A DNA stretch of 64,000 bases from assembly GCA_963705105.1 (NCBI GenBank), contig CAVPIW010000005.1, positions 96,001-160,000 of the forward strand, given 5' to 3'. Below, in pieces: positions 26,639 to 36,740 of this stretch. The translations under genes and the position numbers were made by a program. The notes below the pieces were generated by a model, which was not told the origin of the DNA, made no database searches, and worked only from the letters and a program-made list of their open reading frames with translations. Numbering within the stretch: position 1 is the stretch's first letter; each line of letters begins with the position of its first letter. The stretch is from an uncultured Nitrospiraceae bacterium. GTDB taxonomy: Bacteria; Nitrospirota; Thermodesulfovibrionia; Thermodesulfovibrionales; Dissulfurispiraceae.

Positions 26639-27105
26639 CAGCAACCTCCCGGTCCTCTGTCGACACGTACGCCCGTCCTGCTGACGACGACCCGTGAGTG
26701 TTTGTTGTTATAGGTGATGCAGACATTGTTTCCCGCGCCCGGCAGGATCGCAAGCCCCCGTGGATCGAGTGTGACGCTCCCACCCGACATGCCGATGTGA
26801 GCTTCGGCTATCGTAACCCGCTTCAATTGTGTGCCCGTACATGCCCCTGCTCCGCGGTTCGTGCCGATGTCGTTGATGGCGACGGTCTTGCTCCCGGTGT
26901 TCACGCATACGCCGACGTTCCTCGTCTTTTCCATGGCGAAGATCTTGGCCTGCTTGACGGAATACTCGATATGAGAGGCATATTCGTCGAATTTGAATTC
27001 TCTGTAATAGGCATGGAGGTTGGGAATGGCCATGGAAGAGACGATGGCCATCAATGCGACACCGACAAGCAGCTCGATGAGTGAAAATCCTCTCTGGTCC
27101 TTCAT
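26638..27105 (-). CDS. FimT/FimU-like minor pilin (set 1)
   Basis: RG|FSLIELLV...AIP, 'AKIFAM', 'DPRG'. Confidence 0.8.
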   Translation of the reverse strand: MKDQRGFSLIELLVGVALMAIVSSMAIPNLHAYYREFKFDEYASHIEYSVKQAKIFAMEKTRNVGVCVNTGSKTVAINDIGTNRGAGACTGTQLKRVTIAEAHIGMSGGSVTLDPRGLAILPGAGNNVCITYNNKHSRVVVSRTGVRVDRGPGGC

Positions 27106-27239
27106 TGCGGGGGCTCCTTCCGGCATGATCCTGCGGTGTTTCAAAACGTCGGTGAATGTCCCGCTGCACCGTCCCATTTAATTCGATATCCTTTGTTCTT
27201 ATAAGAACACATCTACTTCGGACATGTAGGAAAAGCGAA

Positions 27240-27262
27240 GGCCCCCGCGCATGCGGGGGCCT
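27240..27262. terminator. Hairpin after pilA
   Basis: GGCCCCCGC-GCAT-GCGGGGGCC. Confidence 0.65.
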
Positions 27263-27274
27263 CTGGTTAGTACA

Positions 27275-27643
27275 CTATGTGCAGTCAACAGTGCTGGTAG
27301 CAGCGTTGTACGTGCACGTCCCGGTATACGCACCGGCGCCCGAGCCTGTAGCAGTAATAATACCGGCATCGTCAACGGAGCCGGAAACAGTGTTGTGCTG
27401 GCTCGCAAGGCAGGTGCCGCAGTCGGCTGATGCTGCGTTCGTGTTTGCATATTCGGCAGCACACCGGCTGACGCAGTTCCTGACGTCGCTCTGGAGCGAT
27501 CCCTTTGCCGCAGACTGTCTGTACACATTGAACTGCGGGATGGCGATCGCCGCCAGGATGGCGATAATCGCAACGACGACCAGCAGTTCCACGAGGGTGA
27601 AGCCTTTCTCATCCTTTGCCTTCAACATGATCTTCTTGAACAT
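27275..27643 (-). CDS. pilA: Type IVa major pilin
   Basis: KG|FTLVELLVVVAIIAILAAIAIPQF; own sigma54 promoter and hairpin; divergent from pilSR. Confidence 0.9.
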   Translation of the reverse strand: MFKKIMLKAKDEKGFTLVELLVVVAIIAILAAIAIPQFNVYRQSAAKGSLQSDVRNCVSRCAAEYANTNAASADCGTCLASQHNTVSGSVDDAGIITATGSGAGAYTGTCTYNAATSTVDCT

Positions 27644-27812
27644 TGTACGACCTCCGACTTCTTGTTTTTCTGTCCGTCAATGACGGATATCCTTGTGCGT
27701 ATGAATTTCTACTCTACGTCTCCCTGCACCCCATTCCCCTCTGTTTCCTTTCCGTAAGTCCTCCTTTCTGTATTTCGCTTGCGTCTGACTGATCTCGTGA
27801 TGTCGTTCATAA

Positions 27813-27828
27813 AGCATCTCTCATGCCA
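27813..27828 (-). promoter_or_regulatory. Sigma54 (-24/-12) promoter of pilA
   Basis: Minus strand TGGCAT-GAGAG-ATGCT. Confidence 0.75.
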
Positions 27829-28052
27829 GTTTCACATCTAATTGATATTTAGAAGGATATTATTGGCCGGTGAGCGAGAGGGCCTTCTTCTTGACAATTT
27901 CAGTCACGACGGAGAGCAGGGCCGGGAGGATCGCCAGTCGAGGCGACACCTGCTTGATTATTCTTTATATTTCAAATGGTATTGCTCTATCTGACCCTTT
28001 TCCTCCGGCTCTGATGCCGGTCAATGGCGATGTACAATTCTTGTAATCCTCA

Positions 28053-28081
28053 TTGACAATTTCCGTCATCGGTCATAGACT
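28053..28081 (+). promoter_or_regulatory. Sigma70 promoter of pilS
   Basis: TTGACA-N17-TAGACT, 7 nt before ATG 28088. Confidence 0.65.
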
Positions 28082-28087
28082 AACCCG

Positions 28088-29227
28088 ATGTATGACCGCC
28101 ACCTCTTCAACTACTATCGCATCGGCAGGTTTCTCTTCGCCGCGGCCCTGGTCATCGCCTTTCTCATCGCCGGCTTTCCCGGCGACAAGAGGACTTTGCT
28201 GTCGCTCCTCCTGCCATATGCTCTCGTGTCGCTGGCACGGCTCTTCTACCCCTCAGCAAAACCAGGGGTTCTCGACTTCATCCTCGACATTGCTTTCGTC
28301 ACTGCCATTGTTCATCTTAATGCCGACAGACAGACGTACCTTACCCTTCTCTACCTCTTTCCCATCTTTTTTTCGACGGTCCTCATTGATACGAGAACGT
28401 CTTTCCTCTTCCCTCTCATCTCTCTTATGCTCTACGGGATGCTCCAGTTTCTCGGGGCATCGACGCCCTTTGCGGACCGTTTTCTCAACGTCTCTTTGCA
28501 CCTGCTTTCCTTTACCCTGATCGCCATCGCCGGTGTGAACCTGAAGAAAGAGATGGAGAACAGGGGCCGCTATATCCAGGAACTTGAAGATGAAAAGATA
28601 CGGATGCAGGGGTATGAGAGGCTCTACCGGGTGAGCGCCGACCTGGCCCACGAGCTGCGCAACCCCCTCGCGTCGATCTCCGCGGCAGCCCAGTTTCTAA
28701 AGGAAGGAAAGACGGACAGGGAGTTCATCGAGATGATACAGAACGAGACAGCGCGGCTCACCCATCTCGTCAACGATTTCCTGCTCTTTTCGAGGCCTGC
28801 CGATGCCCGGAAAGAGGCTATCGATGTGTGCCGGATACTCAGGGAGTTGCCGTCCAGGATCTTGACGGAGAAGAATATCGCCCTCGGCCGCTGTGATGCC
28901 GTTGTCATTCAGGCCAACAGGACCTTCCTGGAAGTCGCCCTTCTTAATATCGTAAAGAATGCCGCCGAGGCGGCTCAGTCGACTGTCAGCATGTCTCTTG
29001 CGGGACAGGGCCGGGAGCTTGCCCTCATCGTTGAAGACGACGGTCCCGGAATCGACGAGGGACTGAGGGACAGGATATTCGAGCCCTTTTTCACCACAAA
29101 GGAAAGCGGTACCGGCCTCGGCCTCGCCATTTCCTACCGCATCATCACCAGCCTCGGCGGCGCCATCACCATCGAAGAATCCCCCCTCGGCGGTGCAAAG
29201 TTTGTCATCAGAATCCCGATAAGATAA
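28088..29227 (+). CDS. pilS: Membrane sensor histidine kinase (PilS-like)
   Basis: Multi-TM N-terminus, AHELRNPL, EDDGPG, PFFTTK, GTGLGL; pilA/pilR context. Confidence 0.85.
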   Translation: MYDRHLFNYYRIGRFLFAAALVIAFLIAGFPGDKRTLLSLLLPYALVSLARLFYPSAKPGVLDFILDIAFVTAIVHLNADRQTYLTLLYLFPIFFSTVLIDTRTSFLFPLISLMLYGMLQFLGASTPFADRFLNVSLHLLSFTLIAIAGVNLKKEMENRGRYIQELEDEKIRMQGYERLYRVSADLAHELRNPLASISAAAQFLKEGKTDREFIEMIQNETARLTHLVNDFLLFSRPADARKEAIDVCRILRELPSRILTEKNIALGRCDAVVIQANRTFLEVALLNIVKNAAEAAQSTVSMSLAGQGRELALIVEDDGPGIDEGLRDRIFEPFFTTKESGTGLGLAISYRIITSLGGAITIEESPLGGAKFVIRIPIR

Positions 29228-29344
29228 GAGAGTATCACTATCGGGAGACAGCCGTCTCTGCATGTATAAGTCCTATACGTCCATATTTCTTCATCTGCCG
29301 GTCGGCAATCCGACGGGGATGACCATGGGGAGGCCTGATCTGCC

Positions 29345-30712
29345 ATGCGGGCTTTGATCGTTGATGACGAGGCGAACATCAGGAAGGTCCTCGGCGTGCT
29401 CCTCTCGGAGTGCGGGTTCGAGACCATCGAGGCGTCACGGGTAGCCGATGCGCACGGCATCATTCAGAAACAATACTTCGACATCGCCATTATAGACCTC
29501 CGCCTGCCCGACGGTTCAGGGATAGACATCCTGAAGGAGATCAAGGACCTCTATCCCGAGACGATCGTGCTCATCGTCACCGCCTTCGCGTCGACGGAGA
29601 CGGCCATCGCGGCCATGAAGCTGGGCGCGTATGACTATGTGACAAAACCCTTTCATATCGACGAGATCCGGATCGTCCTGAAGAACATTCGGGAAAAGAT
29701 CACCCTCCAGAAACAGGTCAGGGAACTCCAGCAGTATGCCGACGCCTACCAGAAGATCATCGGGAAATCGGAGGCGATGAAGAGGGTCTTCAACATCATC
29801 GAGAAGATCGCGCCCTTCGACTCCAACATCCTCATTGCCGGGGAAAGCGGTACGGGCAAGGAGCTCGTCTCCAAGGCGATCCATAACAGGAGCAGGCGGT
29901 GCCATCAGCCTTTTGTGGCGATCAACTGCGCAAGCCTCCCTGCCGAGCTCCTCGAGAGCGAGCTCTTCGGCTACACGAAGGGCTCCTTCACCGGCGCCTA
30001 TACGTCCAAGAGGGGGTTGATCGACGAGGCGAACGGCGGCACCCTTTTTCTCGATGAGATCGGTGAGATGCCCCTGTCACTCCAGGCAAAACTGCTCCGC
30101 TTCCTCGAAGACAAGAGGATACGGCCCATCGGGAGCACAAGCGAGATCGAGGTGGATGTGCGGGTGATCGCAGCGACGAACAAGAACCTGCTCGAGATGA
30201 TGGAAAAGGGGGAGTTCAGGGAAGACCTCTATTACCGCCTCTCGACGTTCGAGATCAAATTGCCGTCGCTCCGGGAGCGTCAGGAGGACATCCCCCTGCT
30301 CATCGATCACTTCATCAAGCTCTTTTCAAAGAAGTTCCAGAAGGAGATCACCCGGATCGACCCCTCCTTTATCGACTACATCAAGCAGCAGGAACTCCGC
30401 GGCAATGTCAGGGAGCTGAAGAACATCCTCGAACGGGAGGTCATCCTCTCCGAGCACGGTATCCTTGGAGCGAAGCCGACGGGCCTTGGATTTTCTTCGC
30501 AGAGCCCATCCTGTCCCAGGGATATCCCGGATACGGGAATCGATCTGAACGATTATCTCGTGCAGGTCGAAAGGGACCTTCTCCAGAAGGCCCTCGATAA
30601 ATCAAACGGTGTCAAAACGAAGGCCGCCGAGTTCCTCCATCTGTCCTTCCGCGAATTCCGCTACCGTCTCTCCAAGTACAACGGAAAACATACACCGTCC
30701 AACGGCTCGTAA
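29345..30712 (+). CDS. pilR: Sigma54-dependent response regulator (PilR-like)
   Basis: Receiver domain, GESGTGKE, GSFTGA, LFLDEIG, FREDLYYRL, C-terminal 'FREFRYRLSK' HTH. Confidence 0.9.
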   Translation: MRALIVDDEANIRKVLGVLLSECGFETIEASRVADAHGIIQKQYFDIAIIDLRLPDGSGIDILKEIKDLYPETIVLIVTAFASTETAIAAMKLGAYDYVTKPFHIDEIRIVLKNIREKITLQKQVRELQQYADAYQKIIGKSEAMKRVFNIIEKIAPFDSNILIAGESGTGKELVSKAIHNRSRRCHQPFVAINCASLPAELLESELFGYTKGSFTGAYTSKRGLIDEANGGTLFLDEIGEMPLSLQAKLLRFLEDKRIRPIGSTSEIEVDVRVIAATNKNLLEMMEKGEFREDLYYRLSTFEIKLPSLRERQEDIPLLIDHFIKLFSKKFQKEITRIDPSFIDYIKQQELRGNVRELKNILEREVILSEHGILGAKPTGLGFSSQSPSCPRDIPDTGIDLNDYLVQVERDLLQKALDKSNGVKTKAAEFLHLSFREFRYRLSKYNGKHTPSNGS

Positions 30713-30774
30713 AACCGGCTTTTTTGTCCGAATTTCAATCTGTCCATAGGCATCACCCCTAACAATTAAATACC

Positions 30775-30857
30775 TGTCATTCCCTCAACCCCGCACGTGA
30801 TGCGGGGACGTCGGGAATCCTTCCTAAAAGAACGATTCCGGACGAGCCGGAATGACA
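30775..30857. repeat. REP-like doublet with nested hairpin
   Basis: TGTCATTCCC...CCCCGCACGTGATGCGGGG...GGAATGACA; inverted relative of 4001-4086. Confidence 0.75.
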
Positions 30858-30875
30858 GACGTACTGCACTCGAAA

Positions 30876-30920
30876 AACAGAAAACCCCCATCAGCCGGTG
30901 GCTGACGGGGGTTTTCTGTT
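30876..30920. terminator. Intrinsic terminator after pilC (probably bidirectional)
   Basis: AACAGAAAACCCCC..TCAGC / GCTGA.GGGGGTTTTCTGTT. Confidence 0.75.
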
Positions 30921-30953
30921 TTCGTTTTTCTGCCGGCGTTATGCAGGCTGTTC

Positions 30954-32171
30954 TTACTTGCTGATGACCTCACCCATCTTGAATATCGGCAGATAGAGGG
31001 CAACAACGATAAACCCGATGACAACGCCGAGGAAGACCATAAGCATCGGCTCGAGCATCGTCGTGAGGTTTGTGACGGCCTGATCCACTTCATCGTCGTA
31101 GAAATCGGCGACTTTGTTCAACATCTGATCGAGGGCGCCCGTCGACTCGCCGACATGGATCATCTGGGATACCATGGGAGGGAAGATCTCGGACTGGGAC
31201 AACGGCTCGGCGATGGTCTTACCCGTGGTGACTTCATTCTTTACGCCTATAACGAGCTGCTCTATGACCTTATTTCCTGCCGACTTGGCGCAGATGTCAA
31301 GGCTGTCGAGGATCGGCACGCCACTGCTTATAAGGGTTCCAAGGGTCCTCGTGAACCGCGCCACAGCGACCTTTTTCAGGAGATCGCCGAAGACAGGCAG
31401 CTTGAGGAGTATCCTGTCCGTGTGCTTTCGTCCCCCCTCGGTGCTGCGGTACTGGCGGATGCCGTAGCCGAGGGTGACTAAACCGACAAAGAGGCTGAAC
31501 CCGCCGAAGCCGCCGATGAATTGGCTCGCGTCGATGACGATTCTTGTGGGCAGAGGCAGTTTCACGTTCATTTCGCCGAAGATCTTGGCAAAAGTCGGGA
31601 TGACAAAGATCATAATGATGGCGACGACGAGCACGGCGACGGAAACGACGATGGAGGGATACACCATGGCGCCCTTGACCTTTTTCTTCAGCTTCATCGC
31701 CTTTTCGATGTAGACGGCGAGACGCAGAAGAACCGTGTCAAGAACGCCACCAGTTTCACCGGCCGCGACAAGGTTGACAAAGAGGTCGTCGAATACCTTC
31801 GGGTGCCTCTTCAGCGCATCGGCTAGGGTGGCGCCGGTCTCGACGTCGCTCTTCACCTGGCCGATGATCTCTTTCAGGGCTTTGTTATCGAGTTGCTTTG
31901 AGAGGATGTCGAGACCCTCGACGATGGGTATGCCGGCGCCGAACATAGTCGCAAACTGCCTCGTGAAGACGACCATGTCCTTGTCGGTTATCTTTTCTCC
32001 CCTTCTAAAGAGTCTCCGCGACGGGGCCTTTTCACTGATGGACGTCAGGATGATCCCCTGCTTGCGCAGGTTCGTGATGACGTCGTCCTTGTTCGGCGCC
32101 GTCATCTCGCCGGTCTGGACACCTCCTTTCATGGATCTCCCGGACCACTTATAGGTAATCGCAGCTGCCAT
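30954..32171 (-). CDS. pilC: Type IV pilus platform protein (T2SS F family)
   Basis: FTRQFATM..AG, AGETGG.L, GA MVYP, VGESTG.L, EP...LYLPIF. Confidence 0.93.
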   Translation of the reverse strand: MAAAITYKWSGRSMKGGVQTGEMTAPNKDDVITNLRKQGIILTSISEKAPSRRLFRRGEKITDKDMVVFTRQFATMFGAGIPIVEGLDILSKQLDNKALKEIIGQVKSDVETGATLADALKRHPKVFDDLFVNLVAAGETGGVLDTVLLRLAVYIEKAMKLKKKVKGAMVYPSIVVSVAVLVVAIIMIFVIPTFAKIFGEMNVKLPLPTRIVIDASQFIGGFGGFSLFVGLVTLGYGIRQYRSTEGGRKHTDRILLKLPVFGDLLKKVAVARFTRTLGTLISSGVPILDSLDICAKSAGNKVIEQLVIGVKNEVTTGKTIAEPLSQSEIFPPMVSQMIHVGESTGALDQMLNKVADFYDDEVDQAVTNLTTMLEPMLMVFLGVVIGFIVVALYLPIFKMGEVISK

Positions 32172-32281
32172 GGTAACTCCTCATCATAACCGGCTCAATC
32201 ACCGGTAGTCTGGATTTGGGACGACCTGCGCCATCGGGGTTCTCCCTGTTTGGTCAGGCGCAGGAAAATGGTTTTCTTTTT

Positions 32282-32308
32282 TTATCGGCGGGTGCGCTCA
32301 GATCTTGA
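32282..32308 (-). promoter_or_regulatory. Sigma28 (FliA)-type promoter upstream of pilC
   Basis: Minus strand TCAA-N15-GCCGATAA. Confidence 0.6.
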
Positions 32309-32321
32309 GACGAATCAAAAG

Positions 32322-32355
32322 AAATCCCTCTCGGAAACGTTCCCGAGAGGGATTT
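32322..32355. terminator. Hairpin after folD
   Basis: AAATCCCTCTCGG / CCGAGAGGGATTT. Confidence 0.7.
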
Positions 32356-32390
32356 GCGTTACTTATAAAGCCTCAATCGGTCTGTAATCC

Positions 32391-32477
32391 TGTCATTCCG
32401 GCATGTCCGGAATCTTTCTTCTGCTTCAGAAGGATTCCCGACGCACCCGCATCGAGTGCGGGTTTGCGGGAATGACA
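32391..32477. repeat. REP-like doublet with nested hairpin
   Basis: Similar to 4001-4086. Confidence 0.75.
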
Positions 32478-32520
32478 AACCCTGTGGCTTTATTTATGAC
32501 TTCGTTAGTATCTTGCGGCT

Positions 32521-33429
32521 TTAGGCGATGCCTGCGGCCCTCTTCGCCGAGGCGACGGTGTTCTTCATGAGCATGGTGATGGTCATCGGCCCGACGCCGC
32601 CCGGAACAGGGGTGATCGCCCCCGCGATCTCCTTGGCTGCATCGAAATCGACGTCTCCCCTCAGGATGGGAACAGGCTTGCCGGTCTTCTCGCTGATCTT
32701 CTCGCCGACGCGGTTCACGCCGACATCGATGACGCAGGAGCCGGGCTTGATCCACTCGGGCTTCACGAGGCCCGGCACGCCGGCGGCGACGATGAGGATG
32801 TCGGCCCTCTTGCAGTGGTCGGCGAGGTTCTTCGTCCCGGTATGGACGACCGTGACGGTGGCGTTTGCTCCCTTGCCCTTCTGGAGCATCATGACGGCGA
32901 TGGGCTTGCCGACGATGTTCGAACGTCCCACGACGACGACTTCGGCGCCGGACGTGTCGAAGCCGGCGCGGACGATGAGCTCCTGGATGCCGGCAGGCGT
33001 GCAGGGCTTGAATACGGCCTCCTTACCGCCGATCATGAGACGGCCCACATTAACGGGGTGGAAGGCGTCCACGTCCTTGTCGGGATCGATGGCGTTGAGG
33101 ATCTTCTTCTCATCGACATGTTTGGGCAGGGGGAGCTGGACGAGAATGCCGTGGATCTTGGGGTCCTTATTGTATTTGTCGACGAGCGCGAGCAGGTCCG
33201 CTTCGGGGAGCTCTGCAGGCTGATTGTCCTGGATGGAGAAGAACCCGAGCTCGTGGGCCGTCTTCTGCTTGCCCGTCACATAGCTGACCGATGCAGGGTT
33301 CATGCCGATCAGGATGGTGACCAGTCCGGGGGTAACCCCGTGCTTCTCCTTCATCTCGGCGACTTCCTTCTTCAGTTCCTCCCTGATCTGTGCTGCCACT
33401 TCCGTACCGCTTATAATCTTTGCTGACAT
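32521..33429 (-). CDS. folD: Methylenetetrahydrofolate dehydrogenase/cyclohydrolase
   Basis: GILVQLPLP, KDVD, PCTP, GRSNIVGKP, TPVPGGVGPMT. Confidence 0.97.
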   Translation of the reverse strand: MSAKIISGTEVAAQIREELKKEVAEMKEKHGVTPGLVTILIGMNPASVSYVTGKQKTAHELGFFSIQDNQPAELPEADLLALVDKYNKDPKIHGILVQLPLPKHVDEKKILNAIDPDKDVDAFHPVNVGRLMIGGKEAVFKPCTPAGIQELIVRAGFDTSGAEVVVVGRSNIVGKPIAVMMLQKGKGANATVTVVHTGTKNLADHCKRADILIVAAGVPGLVKPEWIKPGSCVIDVGVNRVGEKISEKTGKPVPILRGDVDFDAAKEIAGAITPVPGGVGPMTITMLMKNTVASAKRAAGIA

Positions 33430-33456
33430 CTTCTTCCTCCTTTTTTATGGGTTGTG

Positions 33457-34020
33457 CTATTCATGCCGTTGTTTGATGAGCGCGAGCAGCTCTTCCCGCG
33501 TGCTCTGCTTGCTCCTGAAGGTACCGCGCACGGCCGACGTGACCGTTCTTGACCCCGGCTTCTTGATGCCCCTCATACTCATGCAGAGGTGCTCGGCATC
33601 GATGATGACCATGCATCCTTTCGGCCTGAGCTTTTCCATGATCACATCGGCGAGCTGCGCCGTTAAACGCTCCTGGACCTGCGGCCTCTTTGCAAAATGC
33701 TCCAGCGCCTTGACGAGCTCGCTGAGTCCGACGATCTTTCCCGCAGGGATGTAGGCGATATGGGCCGTTCCGCTGAAGGGCAGGATATGGTGCTCACAGA
33801 CCGAGTAGAAAGGAATGTCCCTGAGCAGGACCATCTCATCGTGGCTCTCCCCCTCAATGGGCTTGAGGAGGTCCTCGACGGACGACTCGAGGCCCGAAAA
33901 TATCTCCGCAAACATGTCCGCCACCCGCCTCGGCGTATCCTTCAGACCCGGTCTTTCCGAGTCCTCACCGATGCCCTCGATGATGAGCCGCATGCCTTGC
34001 CTGATCTTCTCCTTATCCAT
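33457..34020 (-). CDS. folE: GTP cyclohydrolase I
   Basis: [33 protein letters not shown]. Confidence 0.95.
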   Translation of the reverse strand: MDKEKIRQGMRLIIEGIGEDSERPGLKDTPRRVADMFAEIFSGLESSVEDLLKPIEGESHDEMVLLRDIPFYSVCEHHILPFSGTAHIAYIPAGKIVGLSELVKALEHFAKRPQVQERLTAQLADVIMEKLRPKGCMVIIDAEHLCMSMRGIKKPGSRTVTSAVRGTFRSKQSTREELLALIKQRHE

Positions 34021-34591
34021 GACGCCCGATGGCCCTCTCGTCCGTTATGACCTTGTCCATTTTCACATCGTGGGGCTCATGGGGGATGACCGGCATCACC
34101 TGTTCCTCGTATGCCAGTGCCGCGGCAACCCCCCTTCTTGCGGAGAGGAGTTTGTCATAGTAACCCTTGCCGTAGCCCATTCTGTTGCATGCTTCGTCAA
34201 AGGCGGCGCCGGGGACGACGATGAAATCCATATCTTCGATGGCTTTTTCTCCCCTCCCGGAGGAACGGGGCTCCGGAATGCCCAGGTATCCCGGGGCGAG
34301 GTCGTCCAGGGACTGTATAACAAAGAGCCGGAGCACGTCCCCCTCTCTGTCCACCCTCGGCAATACCGTGACCTTCCCACCGGCGAGGCAATCACTGATC
34401 AGGCCGAATGTATCGACTTCGCTCCTGAAAGACGCATAGAGAAGCACCGTTCGAGCCTTCCGGTACTCCTCGAGACCCTGCACGCGCTCCCTGATCCTGC
34501 GGTCTTTCTCGCTCCTCAGGTCACCGGGGAGTGCGTCACGCCTCCGGAGAACCTCGATCCTCAGCGATTTCTTGTCCGTGAGGGCCGCCAC
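34013..34591 (-). CDS. 5-formyltetrahydrofolate cyclo-ligase
   Basis: [30 protein letters not shown]. Confidence 0.92.
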   Translation of the reverse strand: MAALTDKKSLRIEVLRRRDALPGDLRSEKDRRIRERVQGLEEYRKARTVLLYASFRSEVDTFGLISDCLAGGKVTVLPRVDREGDVLRLFVIQSLDDLAPGYLGIPEPRSSGRGEKAIEDMDFIVVPGAAFDEACNRMGYGKGYYDKLLSARRGVAAALAYEEQVMPVIPHEPHDVKMDKVITDERAIGRHG

Positions 34592-34604
34592 TCCTGCTGA
34601 AGCC

Positions 34605-35387
34605 TCAGTCCTTTCCGAAGGACTCGACCAGTTTCTGCTTGATCTGTTTTATCTCTTCGACGGCCTGCGTTGCTCCTTTGAATGGAGAGATGCCGCCGAG
34701 ATCGGAGTCCATGACGGACTGGCTGAACTTGATGGCGCCCAGGAATTCCATGTCCTTGATATTGCTTTTGAGAAATGCGATATCGTCGTCGTTCCGCACC
34801 TTGTTGGCGACGACATAGACCTTCTTGACGCCCAGCCCCTTCGCCAGGTCCTTGACGGTGTTCGCCGTCTGCACCGATCGCTGACCGGGCTCAACGACGA
34901 CGATGAAGGCGTCGACGGACTCGGCCGTTCCTCTCGTGAGGTGTTCGATGCCCGCTTCCATGTCGACGACGATTACCTCGTCCCTCTCGAGAACGAGATG
35001 TTTCAGCAGCCTCCGCAGGAGCGCGCTTTCGGGACAGTAGCAGCCTGAGGCGGCGACCTTCGGTTTCCCCATGACGAGGAGTATTATGCCGTTTATCCGG
35101 TATCCGAGACCCTCCGGGATATCATCGACCTTGGGATTCAGCTTGAACATGCCGCCGACGGTGCCGGGCTTCGCTCCCGTCCTCTCCTCGATGAGCTTTT
35201 CCATCTCGGCGATCGGCCTGATGTACGCGAGTTCTTCAGCCTTGACCCCCAGTGCCTGGGCGAGGTTCGCATCGGGATCGGCATCGACGGCTATGACCCG
35301 CCGTCCCTCCGAGGCGAAGAGGTAACTCAGAACGGCCGAGAGAGTCGTCTTTCCTACACCGCCTTTGCCGGTAACTGCAATCTTCAT
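34605..35387 (-). CDS. cooC: CooC/AcsF nickel-insertion ATPase for CODH/ACS
   Basis: GKGGVGKTT, DADPDANL, GCYCP, DMEAGIEHLTRGT. Confidence 0.9.
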   Translation of the reverse strand: MKIAVTGKGGVGKTTLSAVLSYLFASEGRRVIAVDADPDANLAQALGVKAEELAYIRPIAEMEKLIEERTGAKPGTVGGMFKLNPKVDDIPEGLGYRINGIILLVMGKPKVAASGCYCPESALLRRLLKHLVLERDEVIVVDMEAGIEHLTRGTAESVDAFIVVVEPGQRSVQTANTVKDLAKGLGVKKVYVVANKVRNDDDIAFLKSNIKDMEFLGAIKFSQSVMDSDLGGISPFKGATQAVEEIKQIKQKLVESFGKD

Positions 35388-35559
35388 TTCTTACACCGCC
35401 TTGTTTTGTAATGATTCATCGATACGGAGAAAAATCGTCACCATTATACCATAAGTCCGGGAAAATGAACATGCGCATTCCTGATGTGTCCGTCCGGCAT
35501 TATTCACAGGGTGAGCTTATCAAGAATACTGTACACAACGGCACGAGTCCCTGACAGTT

Positions 35560-35649
35560 TGTCATTCCTGCTTGTCCGGAATCCTTCTTCCGAACGGGAA
35601 CGATGCCGGAATGATCCCCTACTTTGCGGGGACAAATGCCGGCGTAACA
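35560..35649. repeat. Degenerate REP-like doublet
   Basis: TGTCATTCCTGCTTGTCCGGAATC...CCCC.ACTTTGCGGGG. Confidence 0.6.
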
Positions 35650-35699
35650 GGCGCAACCCTCTCTGGAAGACAATTGGCTATTGGATGGGAACGTCTGAC

Positions 35700-35727
35700 C
35701 AGGGGCACGGATTCCTCCGTGCCCCTG
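35700..35727. terminator. Hairpin after metF
   Basis: CAGGGGCACGG / CCGTGCCCCTG. Confidence 0.6.
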
Positions 35728-35738
35728 TTACATGCAAT

Positions 35739-36719
35739 TTATGCTTCGGGAATGTTGGGACGAGGATAGAGGCCGGCCGCCTTGACGATCTTCTCGATGG
35801 CCGTCTCCCACTCGATGGCCTGGATGTGCACACCCTTGATGCCGGGAATCTCCAGCACCTGCTGGACCAGCTCCACGGTGATCTTGATCCCTTCCTCCTC
35901 CTGCAGCTCCTTCGCCTTCTTCTTGTCGTCCCCAGCCGCGTCCTTCGCCTTCGCCATGCGCTGGATCATCGATTTCGGCACCGAGACGCCGGCGACGGAG
36001 GCGTCCATGTACTTGAGCATCATGGCGGTCCTCGGCACGATGATGCCTCCGAGGATGGCCGTGTGTTCATGGACTCCGAGGTTCCGCGCTTTTTCCATCT
36101 GTGACCTGAAAATCTCTATGTCAAAGATGCCCTGGGTCTGGATGAAGTCAGCCCCGGCGTCAACCTTCTTCTTCAGGTTTATAGGCCTGAAATCCAGGGG
36201 ATCACCGGCGGGGGTCCAGGATGCGCCGACAAAGAATTTCGGCGGCACTTCCAGCTTGTCTCCGCCCTGCTGGAGGCCCTCGTCACGCATCTTTTTCAGG
36301 ATGCCGACGAGCTGGCATGTGTCGACATCATAGACGTTCTTCGCGCCGGGATGGCCCTTCAACCGTCCTGCCGAGCTGAATTTCTGATGGTCACCCGCTA
36401 TGCAGAGACAGTTTTTGAGACCCAGCGCCGCTGCGCCGAGCAGGTCCGCCTGCATGGCGATCCTGTTCCGGTCCCGGCAGGTCATCTGCATGACGGGCTC
36501 GAGGCCTTCACGCCAGGCCAGCACCGCGCCTGCTATGCTTGAGATCCTGACGACGGCCGTCTGGCAATCGGTGATGTTGGCGGCATCGCAGAATCCCTTG
36601 AGGATATGCGCCTTATGAATGACCTCTGCGGGGTCGGCGCTCATGGGCGGGCCCAACTCGGCCGTAACGGCCGGCTGCCCACTCAGAATTACCCGTTCCA
36701 GATTGCTTCCACTCTTCAT
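35739..36719 (-). CDS. metF: Methylenetetrahydrofolate reductase catalytic subunit
   Basis: TAELGPP, NITD, TCRDRNRIAMQ, KKVDAGADFIQTQ. Confidence 0.92.
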   Translation of the reverse strand: MKSGSNLERVILSGQPAVTAELGPPMSADPAEVIHKAHILKGFCDAANITDCQTAVVRISSIAGAVLAWREGLEPVMQMTCRDRNRIAMQADLLGAAALGLKNCLCIAGDHQKFSSAGRLKGHPGAKNVYDVDTCQLVGILKKMRDEGLQQGGDKLEVPPKFFVGASWTPAGDPLDFRPINLKKKVDAGADFIQTQGIFDIEIFRSQMEKARNLGVHEHTAILGGIIVPRTAMMLKYMDASVAGVSVPKSMIQRMAKAKDAAGDDKKKAKELQEEEGIKITVELVQQVLEIPGIKGVHIQAIEWETAIEKIVKAAGLYPRPNIPEA

Positions 36720-36740
36720 ATTGTCCTTCCTCCCGCCCTT

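Noticed and set aside
32180..32280. c-di-GMP or other riboswitch in the pilC leader
   Set aside because: Only one GC stem is visible and I could not find the conserved riboswitch motifs; needs an Rfam scan
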